From Desulfosarcina sp. (GTDB lineage Bacteria > Desulfobacterota > Desulfobacteria > Desulfobacterales > Desulfosarcinaceae), in assembly GCA_046484885.1 (NCBI GenBank), contig JAWOIA010000075.1:26689-58688 (forward strand): a stretch of DNA of 32,000 nt, written 5' to 3'. Positions 8,735-19,408 of the stretch are shown here, in pieces (position 1 is the stretch's first letter; every line of letters begins with the position of its first letter). Made by a program: the position numbers and the translations under genes. The notes beneath the pieces were generated by a model, which worked only from the letters and a program-made list of their open reading frames with translations, was not told where the DNA came from and did no database searches.

Positions 8735-9889
8735 ATGGATTTTGAGCTTAACAAAACCCAGAAAGACATTCAAAAAGCAGTCAGGGACTTCGTCAAGGGG
8801 GAGTTTACCAAGGAACTGGCCTTCGAGTTGGAGCAAAAGCACGAGTTCCCCCGCAAAATCTGGAAAAAAGCCTGCGACCTGGGACTGATCGGGGTTCACT
8901 TTCCAGAAAAATATTCGGGCCAGGGTCTCGGCTCTCTGGAAGACATTCTGGTCATCGAAGAGCTTTGCCGCGGCGATTCCACCATCGGCAGCGCCGTGGC
9001 CCTGGCGCCCTTCGCTTCGGAAACCATTTTACATTACGGCACCGATGCACAAAAAGAGAAATACCTGCCGGCCGTGGCCGAAGGCGAAATGCTCTCCGCC
9101 GGCGCCTTCACCGAACCCGATCACGGGTCGGACATCACGTTCATGAACACCACCGCTGTTCGCGACGGCGACGAGTGGGTGGTCAACGGCGTCAAGACGT
9201 TCATCACCAACGGCGGGCTGGCGGGCTTTTACAGCGTATTGTGCCAGACCGACCCGGACGCCAAGCCCGGCTACCGCGGCCAGAGCCTGATCTTGGTGGA
9301 GGCCGATCGCGCAGGCCTCTCCACCGCTGACGTGGGCCCCAAAATGGGCATCCGCATGATGGCCACCGCCGAAGTGGTCTTCAAGGAGGTGCGCGTACCC
9401 CTGTCCAATCTCATCGGCGCGGAGAACAAGGGGTTTTACCACGTCCTGCACTTTTTCGATGAAAGCCGCATCCAGGTAGCCGCCCAGGCGCTGGGCACCG
9501 CCCAAGGAGCCTATGATCGGGCCCTGGCCTACGTCAAGCAGCGCGAACAGTTCGGCAAGAAAATCGCCCAGTTCCAGGTCACGCAGCACAAACTGGCCGA
9601 CATGGCCACCAAGATTGAGCTGGCCCGACTGATCACTTACAAAGCCGCCTGGAACTTCGACCAGGGGCGCATCGATCCCAAGCTGACCTCCATGGCCAAA
9701 ATGTACGCCGCCCGCACCGCTGTGGAAGTGGCCGACGAGGCGATCCAGCTTTTAGGCGGCTACGGCTACATGACCGAATATGAGGTGGAGCGCTTCTACC
9801 GCGATGCAAAAATAACCGAAATCTACGAGGGCACCAAAGAGATCCAGAAGAACACCATCGCCAGCGCCTTGATCGGCAAACTGAAATAG
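8735..9889 (+). CDS. Acyl-CoA dehydrogenase, 384 aa
   Basis: Full-length ACAD pattern with the C-terminal catalytic-Glu context [26 protein letters not shown] upstream of ATG 8735. Confidence 0.9.
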   Translation: MDFELNKTQKDIQKAVRDFVKGEFTKELAFELEQKHEFPRKIWKKACDLGLIGVHFPEKYSGQGLGSLEDILVIEELCRGDSTIGSAVALAPFASETILHYGTDAQKEKYLPAVAEGEMLSAGAFTEPDHGSDITFMNTTAVRDGDEWVVNGVKTFITNGGLAGFYSVLCQTDPDAKPGYRGQSLILVEADRAGLSTADVGPKMGIRMMATAEVVFKEVRVPLSNLIGAENKGFYHVLHFFDESRIQVAAQALGTAQGAYDRALAYVKQREQFGKKIAQFQVTQHKLADMATKIELARLITYKAAWNFDQGRIDPKLTSMAKMYAARTAVEVADEAIQLLGGYGYMTEYEVERFYRDAKITEIYEGTKEIQKNTIASALIGKLK

Positions 9890-9918
9890 TTCCCATCCAG
9901 AAACGAGGAATTTTGGAT
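9890..9918 (+). repeat. Dispersed intergenic repeat, copy B (ttcccatccagaaacgaggaattttggat)
   Basis: Begins directly after the ACAD TAG stop (9887-9889). Shares about 28 nt with copy C at 20817. Confidence 0.5.
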
Positions 9919-10070
9919 GCTATTTGTTGATGCGGCAACCTGCGCCTTTCGACCGCCAGGAGAAGGGCCACCCCGGGGATCTCAAGCAAATACCCTTCGG
10001 AAGCGCCGGAGCGGAAAGATCACCCCCGTGGCGGCGCGCGACAGCACCAGGGCAGCCAACAGGAGGACCC

Positions 10071-13000
10071 ATGAACGATGAGATTCAGGCTTACCGACCC
10101 AAAAACAACGTCCGGGTCGTAACGGCGACATCCCTTTTCGACGGCCACGACGCCTCCATCAACATCTTCCGGCGCATTCTGCAGAGCACCGGGGTCGAGG
10201 TGATTCACCTGGGCCACAACCGCTCCGTGAAGGAAATCGTGGATGCCGCCATCGAAGAAGATGTCCAAGGGATCGCCATCTCCAGCTACCAGGGTGGCCA
10301 CATGGAATTTTTCAAGTACATGGTGGACCTGCTCAAGGACGGCGGAGCATCCCACATCAAGGTGTTCGGCGGCGGGGGCGGGGTGATCGTGCCCGAGGAG
10401 ATCAAGGAGCTGGAAGCTTACGGCGTGGCCAAGATCTATACGCCGGAGGACGGCACCCGCATGGGGCTCCAGGGGATCATCAACCACATGGCCCGGCTGA
10501 TCGACTATCCCCGGGCGGCGGAAGGCACGCTGAACCTTGCCGACCTGACCCCGAGCGACAAGCTGCGGGTCGCCAACCTGATCACTACCCTGGAGCAGGC
10601 CAAGGCCAGCCAAAATAGCCACCTGGCCAAATTCCGCCAAGCCCTCAAGACCACCATCGCCGAACGCACGGTGCCGGTGATCGGCATCACCGGCACCGGT
10701 GGTGCGGGCAAATCCTCCCTGACTGACGAACTGATCCTGCGCATGCTGCACGACCTGAAAGATATCCACATTGCCATCATCAGCGCCGACCCCTCCCGGC
10801 GCAAGACCGGGGGCGCCCTGCTGGGGGACCGAATCCGCATGAATGCCATCGGCAGCCCGCGGGTCTACATGCGATCCATCGCCACCCGGCAATCCCACAC
10901 GGAAATCCCCGAGGCCATGGAGGAGGTGCTGGATCTGGTCAAAGCCGCCGGTTACGATCTGATCATCGCCGAAACGGCCGGAATCGGCCAGGGAGACTCC
11001 CAGATCGCTGATCTGGTGGACCTTTCCATGTACGTCATGACCAGCGAATTCGGCGCCGCCTCGCAGTTGGAAAAGATCGACATGTTGGACTTTGCCGACC
11101 TGGTGGTGGTCAACAAATTTGAAAAGCGCGGCGGTGAAGACGCGGTGCGCGACGTCCGCAAACAGGTGCAACGCAACCGCAAAGCCTATGACTCCCCGTT
11201 GGAAGAGATGCCCGTTTTCGGTACGATCGCCTCGAAATTCAACGACGATGGCGTCACCGCCCTATACCACGCCCTGCTGGACACCATCAAAGCCAAGACC
11301 GGGGTGGCCTTCGAATCCAGCCTGCCCCGTTCCGCATCCAAACAGTCCTCTTCCAAGACCATCATCATCCCGCCTGAACGCATCCGCTATCTAGCCGAGA
11401 TCGCCGAAACGATCAGAGCCTATCACCGCAAAACCGAAAGCCAGGCCGATGCTATCCGCCGGGTCTGGCATCTTGAAAAGACGGCAGAAGTTCTTGCAGG
11501 CGAAAGTCTCGACGGCGACACGGCCGCTCTGACGGCTCGACTAAAAACTGAGATCGATCAGACCCGCCGATCCCTGGCGGATGAGACCGAAAAGCTGGTT
11601 CAGGGGTGGGAAAAGACCCGCGCCGACTTCTCGGGGGATGAACTGGTTTACACGGTACGCGGCAAGGAGATCCGCGTGCCGCTGTACACCCGATCCCTCT
11701 CCCATCAGAAAATCCCCAAAATCTCGCTGCCGCGGTTCAAGGACCCTGGTGAAATCTACAGCTGGCTGCGGCGCGAAAATCTGCCGGGCTTTTTTCCTTT
11801 CACCGCCGGTGTATTTCCCATGAAGCGGATGGGCGAGGATCCCACCCGCATGTTTGCCGGAGAGGGAGACCCGGCCCGCACCAACCGCCGCTTTAAACTG
11901 CTGTCGGCCAACAGCGCGGCCAAACGCCTCTCTACGGCCTTCGACTCAGTAACCCTCTACGGCTACGACCCGGACCGCCGCCCCGACATCTACGGCAAGG
12001 TGGGCACATCCGGGGTCAGTGTCTGCACCCTGGATGACGTCAAGGTGCTCTACGGCGACTTCGAACTGTGCGCCCCCAGCACCTCGGTCTCCATGACCAT
12101 CAACGGACCCGCGCCGATCATGCTGGCCATGTTTCTCAATACGGCCATCGACCAACAGCTGGACAAGTACGCCCAGGAGAAGGGCCGCCGACCGTCCAAA
12201 GCGGAATATGACCAAATCAAAGCCATGGTGCTGGAGAACGTCCGCGGAACGGTTCAGGCGGACATCCTCAAAGAGGACCAGGGCCAGAACACGTGCATCT
12301 TCTCCATCGATTTCGCCTTGAAAATGATGGGGGATATCCAAGCCTACTTCATCGAAAACAATGTGCGCAATTTCTACTCGGTCTCCATCTCCGGCTACCA
12401 CATCGCCGAGGCCGGGGCCAACCCCATTTCTCAACTGGCCTTTACCCTGGCCAACGGGTTCACCTACCTGGAGTACTACCTCTCCCGGGGGATGCCCCTG
12501 GACAGCTTCGCGCCCAATCTCTCCTTTTTCTTCTCAAACGGTATGGATCCCGAGTACACAGTCATCGGCCGGGTGGCCCGCCGCATCTGGGCCGTGGCCC
12601 TGAGGGAAAAATACGGGGCCTCGATGCGCAGCCAGATGCTCAAGTACCACATCCAGACCTCCGGCCGCAGTTTGCACAGCCAAGACATTCAGTTCAACGA
12701 CATCCGTACGACCCTGCAGGGTCTGTGCGCCATCTACGATAACTGCCAGAGCCTGCACACCAACGCCTTCGACGAAGCCATCACCACCCCCACCGAGGAG
12801 TCCGTGCGTCGGGCTTTGGCCATCCAGCTCATCATCAACCGCGAGTGGGGACTGGCCAAGAACGAGAACCCCTATCAGGGCAGCTTCATCGTTGAGGATC
12901 TCACCGACCTGGTCGAGGAGGCGGTATTGATGGAGTACGACCAGATCACCTCCCGCGGGGGCGTATTGGGTGCCATGGAAACCGGCTATCAACGCAGCAA

Positions 13001-13358
13001 GATCCAGGAAGAGTCCATGTACTACGAAATACTGAAGCACACCGGAGAGTACCCCATTGTGGGGGTCAACACATTCCGGGACCCCCATGCCGACGGGGCC
13101 GATCTCCTGGAAAGGGGATCGTGTATTGATCTGGCCCGCGCCACCATCGAAGAGAAGGAATCCCAACTCAGCCGGTTGGCCGATTTTCAATCCCGCAACG
13201 CAGGACGGGCCTCCGAGGCCCTAACACGGCTCCAGCAGGTGGCCCTCTCCGGGGACAACATCTTTGCCGAATTGATGGAAACGGTCAAAACCTGCAGCCT
13301 GGGACAAATTACGGCAGCCCTGTACGACGTGGGCGGACGCTACCGCCGGAATATGTAA
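10071..13358 (+). CDS. icmF: Fused isobutyryl-CoA mutase IcmF (B12-binding domain + MeaB-like G-protein chaperone + mutase catalytic domain), 1095 aa
   Basis: Domain order is as expected for IcmF. The N-terminal B12 domain contains [12 protein letters not shown]. The G-domain has the P-loop [17 protein letters not shown], plus ETAGIGQ and NKFE. The mutase domain carries the Icm-type specificity residues RMFAGEG (Phe instead of the MCM Tyr) and [13 protein letters not shown] (Gln instead of the MCM Arg). AGGAGG lies 4 nt before ATG 10071; the 9924 start in the track adds an Arg/Pro-rich non-homologous tail. Confidence 0.9.
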   Translation: MNDEIQAYRPKNNVRVVTATSLFDGHDASINIFRRILQSTGVEVIHLGHNRSVKEIVDAAIEEDVQGIAISSYQGGHMEFFKYMVDLLKDGGASHIKVFGGGGGVIVPEEIKELEAYGVAKIYTPEDGTRMGLQGIINHMARLIDYPRAAEGTLNLADLTPSDKLRVANLITTLEQAKASQNSHLAKFRQALKTTIAERTVPVIGITGTGGAGKSSLTDELILRMLHDLKDIHIAIISADPSRRKTGGALLGDRIRMNAIGSPRVYMRSIATRQSHTEIPEAMEEVLDLVKAAGYDLIIAETAGIGQGDSQIADLVDLSMYVMTSEFGAASQLEKIDMLDFADLVVVNKFEKRGGEDAVRDVRKQVQRNRKAYDSPLEEMPVFGTIASKFNDDGVTALYHALLDTIKAKTGVAFESSLPRSASKQSSSKTIIIPPERIRYLAEIAETIRAYHRKTESQADAIRRVWHLEKTAEVLAGESLDGDTAALTARLKTEIDQTRRSLADETEKLVQGWEKTRADFSGDELVYTVRGKEIRVPLYTRSLSHQKIPKISLPRFKDPGEIYSWLRRENLPGFFPFTAGVFPMKRMGEDPTRMFAGEGDPARTNRRFKLLSANSAAKRLSTAFDSVTLYGYDPDRRPDIYGKVGTSGVSVCTLDDVKVLYGDFELCAPSTSVSMTINGPAPIMLAMFLNTAIDQQLDKYAQEKGRRPSKAEYDQIKAMVLENVRGTVQADILKEDQGQNTCIFSIDFALKMMGDIQAYFIENNVRNFYSVSISGYHIAEAGANPISQLAFTLANGFTYLEYYLSRGMPLDSFAPNLSFFFSNGMDPEYTVIGRVARRIWAVALREKYGASMRSQMLKYHIQTSGRSLHSQDIQFNDIRTTLQGLCAIYDNCQSLHTNAFDEAITTPTEESVRRALAIQLIINREWGLAKNENPYQGSFIVEDLTDLVEEAVLMEYDQITSRGGVLGAMETGYQRSKIQEESMYYEILKHTGEYPIVGVNTFRDPHADGADLLERGSCIDLARATIEEKESQLSRLADFQSRNAGRASEALTRLQQVALSGDNIFAELMETVKTCSLGQITAALYDVGGRYRRNM

Positions 13359-13453
13359 GTGAAGGGTTCAAGGGGCCGCGGAATCAAGTGAGGGGGCAGT
13401 CGGGTGGTTTGATTGGACGAAAATTTTGCATTTTCATATAAAGGAGATCGCAC

Positions 13454-14629
13454 ATGAAAGAAGCGGTAATCGTCAGCGCGGTGAGGACACCATTGGGCAA
13501 TTTCAACGGGTCCCTGGCCGGTATCGGTGCCACGGACCTGGGTGCCATCGTGATTGAGGAAGCCGTCAGACGCGCCGGTATTGAGAAAAGTACGGTAAAT
13601 GAGGTGCTCATGGGCCAGGTGCTTCCCTGCGGCTACGGGCAGAACCCGGCCAAGCAGGCAGCGGTCAAGGCCGGCATGCCCTGGGAGGTGGAAGCCATTA
13701 CGGTCAACAAGGTGTGCGGTTCCGCTCTCAAAACAGTGATGTTGGCCGCCCAGGCGATCCAGCTGGGTGATGCCGATGTGGTGGTGGCCGGCGGCATGGA
13801 GAACATGAGCATGGCGCCCTACTATCTCGAAAAAGCACGCTTCGGCTATCGCATGGGACCCGGCCGGCTCGAGGATTCCATGATCCACGACGGCCTGTGG
13901 GACATTGTCAACGATTTTCACATGGGGATCTCCAACGAACTTTGCTCCGAGCGGTATCAGGTCAGCCGCGAAGATCAGGATCGCTATGCCGCCGAATCCT
14001 ACCGCCGAACCTTGGAAACAATCGGTAGCGGCCGATTCGACTCTCAGATCGTGCGGGTGCCCATTCCCCAGCGCAAAGGTGAACCCAAATTTTTTGACAG
14101 AGACGAATGCGCCCGCGAAACCTCCTATGAAGCTCTGGCCAAGATGAAACCGGCATTCAAGAAGGACGGGTTCGGCACGGCGGGCAACGCCTCGATCATC
14201 AGCGACGGCGCCGCGGCCGTGGTGGTGATGTCCCGGGAAAAGGCCGACGCGCTTGGCTGCACGATCATGGCCACCATCGGCGCCCAGGCATCCTATGGCA
14301 TCGACATGCAATATGTGCTGGTAGCACCCATCTGGGCCATTCCCAAATGTTTGAAAAAAGAGGGCATCGGCATCGACGACGTCGACCTGTTCGAAGTCAA
14401 TGAAGCCTTTTCCGGCTCCACCGTCAGCGTCATGCGAGAACTTGGGCTTGCGCCCGAGAAAACCAACGTCAATGGCGGCAGCGTCGCCCTGGGACACCCC
14501 ATCGGCGCCAGCGGCTGCCGGGTACTGGTGACGCTGCTTTATGAGATGATGCGCCAGGACCTAAAAACCGGGCTGGCCTCACTCTGTCTGGGGGGTGGGG
14601 AGGCGGTGGCAATGGTGGTCAAACGATGA
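13454..14629 (+). CDS. Acetyl-CoA C-acetyltransferase (thiolase II), 391 aa
   Basis: Active-site Cys context VNKVCGSALK and the C-terminal NGGSVALGHPIGASGCR motif. RBS AAAGGAGA. Confidence 0.9.
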   Translation: MKEAVIVSAVRTPLGNFNGSLAGIGATDLGAIVIEEAVRRAGIEKSTVNEVLMGQVLPCGYGQNPAKQAAVKAGMPWEVEAITVNKVCGSALKTVMLAAQAIQLGDADVVVAGGMENMSMAPYYLEKARFGYRMGPGRLEDSMIHDGLWDIVNDFHMGISNELCSERYQVSREDQDRYAAESYRRTLETIGSGRFDSQIVRVPIPQRKGEPKFFDRDECARETSYEALAKMKPAFKKDGFGTAGNASIISDGAAAVVVMSREKADALGCTIMATIGAQASYGIDMQYVLVAPIWAIPKCLKKEGIGIDDVDLFEVNEAFSGSTVSVMRELGLAPEKTNVNGGSVALGHPIGASGCRVLVTLLYEMMRQDLKTGLASLCLGGGEAVAMVVKR

Positions 14630-14741
14630 TCGACGCTGGCCATCATCGCGAACGGCTCATGGCCTAGCGGAAAAAAATAGAATTCAGACCAAGCGCCTGC
14701 GGCCCAAACAGTTAAAAACCCACTATCAGAGGGAGGAAACC

Positions 14742-15590
14742 ATGCAGATCAACACCTTTGGCGTCATCGGCGCCGGCCAGATGGGAAACGGTATTGCCCA
14801 GGTGGCGGCTACGGCCGGCCTCAATGTTATCATGAGCGACATCAAGATCGAATTCGCCCAGAAAGGCCTGGCCAACGTTACCAAAATCCTTAGCAAAAAT
14901 GTCGATAAGGGCAAGATCAACGCTGAAGAAAAAGATGCCATTTTAGGCCGCATCAAGATCACCGCCGACCTCAAGGAGATGGCCGATGCCGATTTCGTGG
15001 TGGAAGCAGCCACTGAAAACGAGACCCTCAAGTTCAAGATTTTCAAGAACCTGGACGAAATCTGCCGGCCCGGTGTGATTCTCTCCACCAACACCTCTTC
15101 CATTCCCATCGGGCGCATCGCCGCCCAGACCGGGCGGCCGGACAAGGTCATCGGCATGCACTTCATGAACCCGGTTCCGGTGATGAAACTGGTAGAGGTG
15201 ATCCGCGGTCTGGCCACCTCCGACGAGACCTTCCAGACCACCTGGGACCTCTCCTTGAAATTTGGTAAAACGCCGGCCCAGGCCAGCGACTTCCCTGGCT
15301 TTATCGCCAACCGCATCCTGCTGCCTATGATCAACGAAGCCGTCTTCGCTCTCTACCATGGGGTGGGCAGCCGGGAAGACATCGACACGGTTATGAAACT
15401 GGGCATGAACCATCCCATGGGCCCCCTGGCCTTGGCGGATCTCATCGGTCTGGACACCTGCCTGGCCATCATGGAGACGTTGTACAACGGATTCAATGAC
15501 CCTAAATACCGCCCCTGCCCCCTGCTGCGCAAGTACGTGGAAGCCGGCTGGCTGGGCAGAAAGAGCGGTAGGGGGTTTTTCGAGTATTGA
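14742..15590 (+). CDS. 3-hydroxybutyryl-CoA dehydrogenase (3-hydroxyacyl-CoA dehydrogenase family), 282 aa
   Basis: Rossmann motif FGVIGAGQMGNGIAQV and a typical Hbd C-terminus (CPLLRKYVEAGWLGRKSGRGFFEY). GAGGGAGG precedes ATG 14742. The track start at 14595 overlaps the thiolase end. Confidence 0.85.
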   Translation: MQINTFGVIGAGQMGNGIAQVAATAGLNVIMSDIKIEFAQKGLANVTKILSKNVDKGKINAEEKDAILGRIKITADLKEMADADFVVEAATENETLKFKIFKNLDEICRPGVILSTNTSSIPIGRIAAQTGRPDKVIGMHFMNPVPVMKLVEVIRGLATSDETFQTTWDLSLKFGKTPAQASDFPGFIANRILLPMINEAVFALYHGVGSREDIDTVMKLGMNHPMGPLALADLIGLDTCLAIMETLYNGFNDPKYRPCPLLRKYVEAGWLGRKSGRGFFEY

Positions 15591-15653
15591 AAAGCAGGAT
15601 TCAATCTTTTTAATCCTCGGATCCCCGACCCTTTTTCCCCATAAGGAGGTATC

Positions 15654-16205
15654 ATGCCCCCCAGAAAAAGCACGCGTCTTACTCCCGTGGGCAAAAAGAT
15701 CAAAAAAGCCCGGTCCGACAAAAAAATGACCTACGAGGCCCTGGCCAACGAAACCGGGTTTTCCATCGACTACCTCAAACGGGTGGAGGCCGGCAAGGTC
15801 ACGCCGCCGGTGGGCTCTCTGCTGCAGATTTCCCGGGCTTTGGAAATCGACTCCGGGGATCTGCTCCGGGAAGAAGAGGGCCGCATGCAGGACCGCATCA
15901 AGGCCTACACCAAGCGGACCGGCAGCTATGCCTACACCACCCTCACGCCGGGGGCCGAGAACAAACACCTCAAGGCCTTCCGGGTCAAAATCGAAGCCAT
16001 GAAAGACCATGAAGGGGTCAGTTACAACCACGAGGGGGAAGAGTTTGTGTACGTGCTCGACGGCAGTATCGAAGTGACGGTCGGAGAACACGTCAACACG
16101 CTCGCACCCGGCGATTCCCTGCATTTCAACTCCGGCATCCGGCATCACCTCAAAAATACGGGGGAAACGGACGCCGAACTGATCGTGGTGATTTACAATC
16201 CCTAA
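15654..16205 (+). CDS. XRE-family HTH regulator with C-terminal cupin sensor domain, 183 aa
   Basis: HTH MTYEALANETGFSIDYLKRVEAGK. Cupin GEEFVYVLDGSIEVTVGEH...PGDSLHFNSGIRHHL. RBS AAGGAGG. Confidence 0.8.
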   Translation: MPPRKSTRLTPVGKKIKKARSDKKMTYEALANETGFSIDYLKRVEAGKVTPPVGSLLQISRALEIDSGDLLREEEGRMQDRIKAYTKRTGSYAYTTLTPGAENKHLKAFRVKIEAMKDHEGVSYNHEGEEFVYVLDGSIEVTVGEHVNTLAPGDSLHFNSGIRHHLKNTGETDAELIVVIYNP

Positions 16206-16234
16206 ACCGTTCCAGCGAGACAAGGGTTGATGCC

Positions 16235-17389
16235 ATGTCATTTAAGCTGACCGATGAACAACTGATGATTCAGTCCATGGTTCGCGAGTTCTCCCGCAAA
16301 GTGGTGGCGGAAACGGCAGCCGAACGCGACAAGACCAAAACGTTTCCCGCCGACAATCTGAAAAAAATGGCCGAATTGGGCCTATTGGGCATGATGGTAC
16401 CCTTCGACTACGACGGGTCGGGTTCCGACACGATTGGCTACGTCCTGGCTCTCTCCGAAATCGCCTACTCCTGTGCCTCCACGGCGGTGGTCATGTCGGT
16501 TCACAACTCCATCGTCTGCGAGAGCATTCTCAACTACGGCACCGAAGCCCAGAAACAGCACTATCTCAAAGAACTGGCTATTGGAAAGTATATCGGTGCG
16601 TTTGCCCTCACCGAACCCGATGCCGGCTCCGACCCGGTCAGCCAGCGCACCCGGGCCGTCAAGGACGGCGACCACTACATCATCAACGGCACCAAGCGCT
16701 TCATCACCACCGGCAAGAACGCCGGGCTGGTCATTGTTACAGCCAAGACCGACCCTGATGCCCGCCACAAGGGGATCAGCACGTTCATCGTCACCCGGGA
16801 CAACCCGGGTATGGTGGTTGGAAACCTGGAAGACAAGATGGGCCTGCGCGCCTCGGACACCACCGACCTGCACTTCCAGGATTGCCGGGTGCCGGCTTCG
16901 GACATGCTGGGCAAAGCGGGTGAAGGCTTCAAGATTGTGATGAAGGGCCTCGATGGCGGTCGCATCGGTATCGCCGCCCAGAGTATCGGCGTGGCCCAGG
17001 CGGCTCTGGATGCGGCCGTTAAGTATGCCAAGGAGCGTGAGCAGTTCGGCCAGAAAATCGCCAAGTTCCAAGGTCTGCGCTGGATTATTGCCGACATGGC
17101 CACGGAGATCGAAGCCGCCCGCCAGCTGACCCTCTCTGCCGCAGCCATGAAAGACCGCAAGGAGCGCTTCACCACCCAGGCCTCCATGGCCAAGCTCTTC
17201 GCATCCGAAATGGTGAACCGGGTTACGGCCCAGGCCCTTCAGATTCACGGCGGCTACGGGTTTACCACCGATTACCCCGTGGAGCGCTTTTGCCGCGACG
17301 CCCGGGTGTTTACCATCTACGAGGGCACCTCGGAAATCCAGCGCGTGGTGATCTCCAACAACATCATCAAGGATCGACGCAGTCCCTGA
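16235..17389 (+). CDS. Acyl-CoA dehydrogenase (short/branched-chain, butyryl-CoA dehydrogenase-like), 384 aa
   Basis: Full-length ACAD: GAFALTEPDAGSD, and the catalytic-Glu context FTIYEGTSEIQRVVIS. Confidence 0.9.
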   Translation: MSFKLTDEQLMIQSMVREFSRKVVAETAAERDKTKTFPADNLKKMAELGLLGMMVPFDYDGSGSDTIGYVLALSEIAYSCASTAVVMSVHNSIVCESILNYGTEAQKQHYLKELAIGKYIGAFALTEPDAGSDPVSQRTRAVKDGDHYIINGTKRFITTGKNAGLVIVTAKTDPDARHKGISTFIVTRDNPGMVVGNLEDKMGLRASDTTDLHFQDCRVPASDMLGKAGEGFKIVMKGLDGGRIGIAAQSIGVAQAALDAAVKYAKEREQFGQKIAKFQGLRWIIADMATEIEAARQLTLSAAAMKDRKERFTTQASMAKLFASEMVNRVTAQALQIHGGYGFTTDYPVERFCRDARVFTIYEGTSEIQRVVISNNIIKDRRSP

Positions 17390-17419
17390 AACGCCGACCA
17401 TCCACCGAGGAGGACAACC

Positions 17420-17923
17420 ATGGTCCGAACGGAAATCTCCCTATTTCTAAAAAACGCGCCCGGTGAGCTGGGCAAATTGGCTGCACTCATGAGCGAAGCC
17501 GGGATCAATATCGATGCCCTGACCATCCAGGACGCCTCGGCCTACGTGCTGGAGCTGTTCAGGGCCAGAGGTAAATCGCTCAAACGAATCGCCTCGGCGG
17601 CCAGCTACAACTCCATGCGAAAAGACTCGGCCCAGTTTGCCCTGATACGCCTGCTGGCCGAAGACGGCAAAACCAATGCGGCCATCGACCTGCTCTCCCG
17701 ACACGACTACACCTTCGACATCATGCCGGTTATCACCGTTCAGCTGGACAACCGGCCCGGCGAGCTGGCCCGGATGGCCACCAAATTCGGTGAAGCCGGT
17801 ATCAACATCAATTATGTTTATGGTTCGGTGGCCGGGCCGGACGCCAAGTGCCTGTTCGTTTTCTGCCCCGAAGACATCGAACTGGCGTCCAAGATCTTCG
17901 CCCAGGGCCAAGCGGGTCAATAG
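17420..17923 (+). CDS. Tandem ACT-domain protein, 167 aa
   Basis: Two ACT-like units: ISLFLKNAPGELGKLAALMSEAGINIDALTI and ITVQLDNRPGELARMATKFGEAGININYVYG. RBS GAGGAGG. Confidence 0.7.
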   Translation: MVRTEISLFLKNAPGELGKLAALMSEAGINIDALTIQDASAYVLELFRARGKSLKRIASAASYNSMRKDSAQFALIRLLAEDGKTNAAIDLLSRHDYTFDIMPVITVQLDNRPGELARMATKFGEAGININYVYGSVAGPDAKCLFVFCPEDIELASKIFAQGQAGQ

Positions 17924-18147
17924 TCGCCACGGGCCAGCGGATGGCGGCACCGTCTGCGCCCGACCCTGAGGTCGAAACGGGCCCACGCCGGCCTGACTGC
18001 CAACCGCGGTGGTCTTTTGCGTTATGACCGCCGGTGACCGCCCTCATTCTTTTGCATTGATATTTGGATTTTCGTTGTCATATTAGCCGGTATACGCTCA
18101 CGTACCTGCAACGAGCCCGCACAGCGTTTGCATAGAGGAGAGTCAGC

Positions 18148-18360
18148 ATGGACAAAGACGATTGCGTAAAAGAGAAATGGTCAAGCCGCACCATCGGTTT
18201 GATTATTCTTCCCCTGGCCTTGGCACTGGGATTTTTGGGTTTTCTGATCCTTCCAGTGGTGGGTCTTTTCTTTTCGATCCCGCTTTTTATCCTCGCTTTC
18301 TTCTTTATCCTGGCACCGGAAAGCAAGGTCTGCCGTCTGATACTGCGCAGAGACGGCTGA
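18148..18360 (+). CDS. Small hypothetical membrane protein, 70 aa, two predicted TM helices
   Basis: AGGAGA lies 7 nt before the ATG. Two hydrophobic stretches: IGLIILPLALALGFLGFLILPVV and FFSIPLFILAFFFIL. No family recognised. Confidence 0.45.
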   Translation: MDKDDCVKEKWSSRTIGLIILPLALALGFLGFLILPVVGLFFSIPLFILAFFFILAPESKVCRLILRRDG

Positions 18361-18576
18361 ACCGAACCGGATCCGGCGTCAGCGGCGTTCCAGGGGGGAC
18401 GGCGGCGGTTCGCCCCATTGGCCGGGACCTGAACCAGAAGCGTCGGCGGAACTGACTGGGGTGTTTTCGGTTTCAGGGTCGATACTTGTGCATCGGGTTG
18501 AAAACGATCGGCAATGATCGCCATTCGACCCGGATGTCTTTCAGCAACCGGGTTGCGGCCTTGGGGCCATGTTTAC

Positions 18577-19161
18577 TCAGGTCTCCCCCTTCAGACCGAT
18601 CTGCCCGGCCACCTCGCGCATGCCCATGATGGTATCAGTAATCAAATCGCCCAGCTCCGCCCCCAACATCCCGGCACCCTTCTCTATGATGGAGCGATCC
18701 ACACCGGCGGCAAAACGTTTGTCCTTCCACTTTTTTTTGACCGACTTGGCGTTCATGTCCATGACACTTTTGGTTGGCCGAACCAGAGCCGAGGTGGTCA
18801 CCAGGCCGGTTAATTCGTCGATGGCAAAAAGAACTTTTTCCATATTGCTTTTGGGCTCCACATCGGTGCAGATACCCCAGCCATGGCTGACCACGGCACG
18901 GATCAGCGCCTCGGGCCAGCTGTTTTCCCTCAATATGGCCGCGGTCTTTTTGCAGTGTTCATCAGGGAACTGTTCATAATCAAGGTCATGGATCAGGCCC
19001 ACAACACCCCAGGTATCCTCATCTTCACCGTATTTGCGGGCCATGTAACGCATGACCCCCTCGACAGCCAGGGCATGCTTGATCAGGCTTTCACTGCGAT
19101 TGTACCTTTTCAGAAGGGCAAGTGCCGCTTGTCGGTTGGGAATCGGGTCTGGCATCGTCAT
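18577..19161 (-). CDS. HD-domain metal-dependent phosphohydrolase, 194 aa
   Basis: H...HD...D pattern: IKHALAVEGVMRYMA and VVGLIHDLDYEQFPDEH. RBS CAGGAGA upstream of ATG 19161. Confidence 0.75.
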   Translation of the reverse strand: MTMPDPIPNRQAALALLKRYNRSESLIKHALAVEGVMRYMARKYGEDEDTWGVVGLIHDLDYEQFPDEHCKKTAAILRENSWPEALIRAVVSHGWGICTDVEPKSNMEKVLFAIDELTGLVTTSALVRPTKSVMDMNAKSVKKKWKDKRFAAGVDRSIIEKGAGMLGAELGDLITDTIMGMREVAGQIGLKGET

Positions 19162-19335
19162 CTCCTGTCGATCCGGGTTATCAAAGGCGGGCGGGCTGGC
19201 TTTTTATCCGTGCGCTTGGATTCGGGTTACGCTGGGGTGATACAGGCAATAACCGCATGGGTGCATGCGACCCCTTAGCACAGGCACGGCCGGTGGACAA
19301 CCCCTATGACATTGGCCAACCGGGTCAGCACCTGC

Positions 19336-19363
19336 CCCGATGCAAGATCGGGCCTATTTTCTT
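19336..19363 (+). terminator. Terminator-like hairpin with T-tract in a divergent intergenic region (orphan)
   Basis: cccgat-gcaag-atcggg (6-bp stem) followed by cctattttctt. No annotated plus-strand gene lies upstream. Confidence 0.25.
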
Positions 19364-19380
19364 GATGAAACCCTAAAAAG

Positions 19381-19408
19381 TTGCATTTTGGCGGCCGGCT
19401 GATATGAT
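19381..19408 (+). promoter_or_regulatory. Candidate sigma70-type promoter for surE-NUDIX
   Basis: TTGCAT (19381-19386), 16-nt spacer, TATGAT (19403-19408), 43 nt upstream of the surE TTG start. Confidence 0.3.

Noticed and set aside
9954-9968. B12-box-like string GCCAGGAGAAGGGCC in the 181-nt spacer upstream of the B12-dependent icmF. I wondered about a cobalamin riboswitch.
   Set aside because: It matches only about 13/16 positions of the box consensus as I remember it. The other conserved riboswitch elements are not visible upstream, and only about 60 nt are available after the ACAD stop. The 5' part of the spacer is a dispersed repeat also found near pstS. cmsearch with RF00174 would settle it; I expect no hit.
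9924-10070. N-terminal extension of IcmF from the track start at 9924.
   Set aside because: The extension is Arg/Pro/Gly-rich and resembles nothing in IcmF. A perfect AGGAGG lies 4 nt before ATG 10071, where the conserved B12-domain sequence begins.
9917-10081. 54-codon upstream ORF ([23 protein letters not shown]...) with a GAGGAA Shine-Dalgarno-like sequence supplied by repeat copy B; its stop overlaps the icmF start.
   Set aside because: The composition is Arg-rich and looks like an off-frame artefact. The related repeat copy C is followed by only a 10-codon ORF with unrelated sequence. There is no evidence for a conserved peptide.
5055-17401. Other large shadow ORFs opposite well-supported genes: 5055..6098(-), 8210..8899(-), 10020..11171(-), 12534..13190(-), 13340..14497(-), 14943..16241(-), 16382..17401(-).
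   Set aside because: Each is fully nested against a gene with strong motif support (C-N hydrolase, TetR/ACAD, IcmF, thiolase, Hbd, ACAD). They have no RBS, and their Gly/Arg/His/Asp-rich translations resemble no family.
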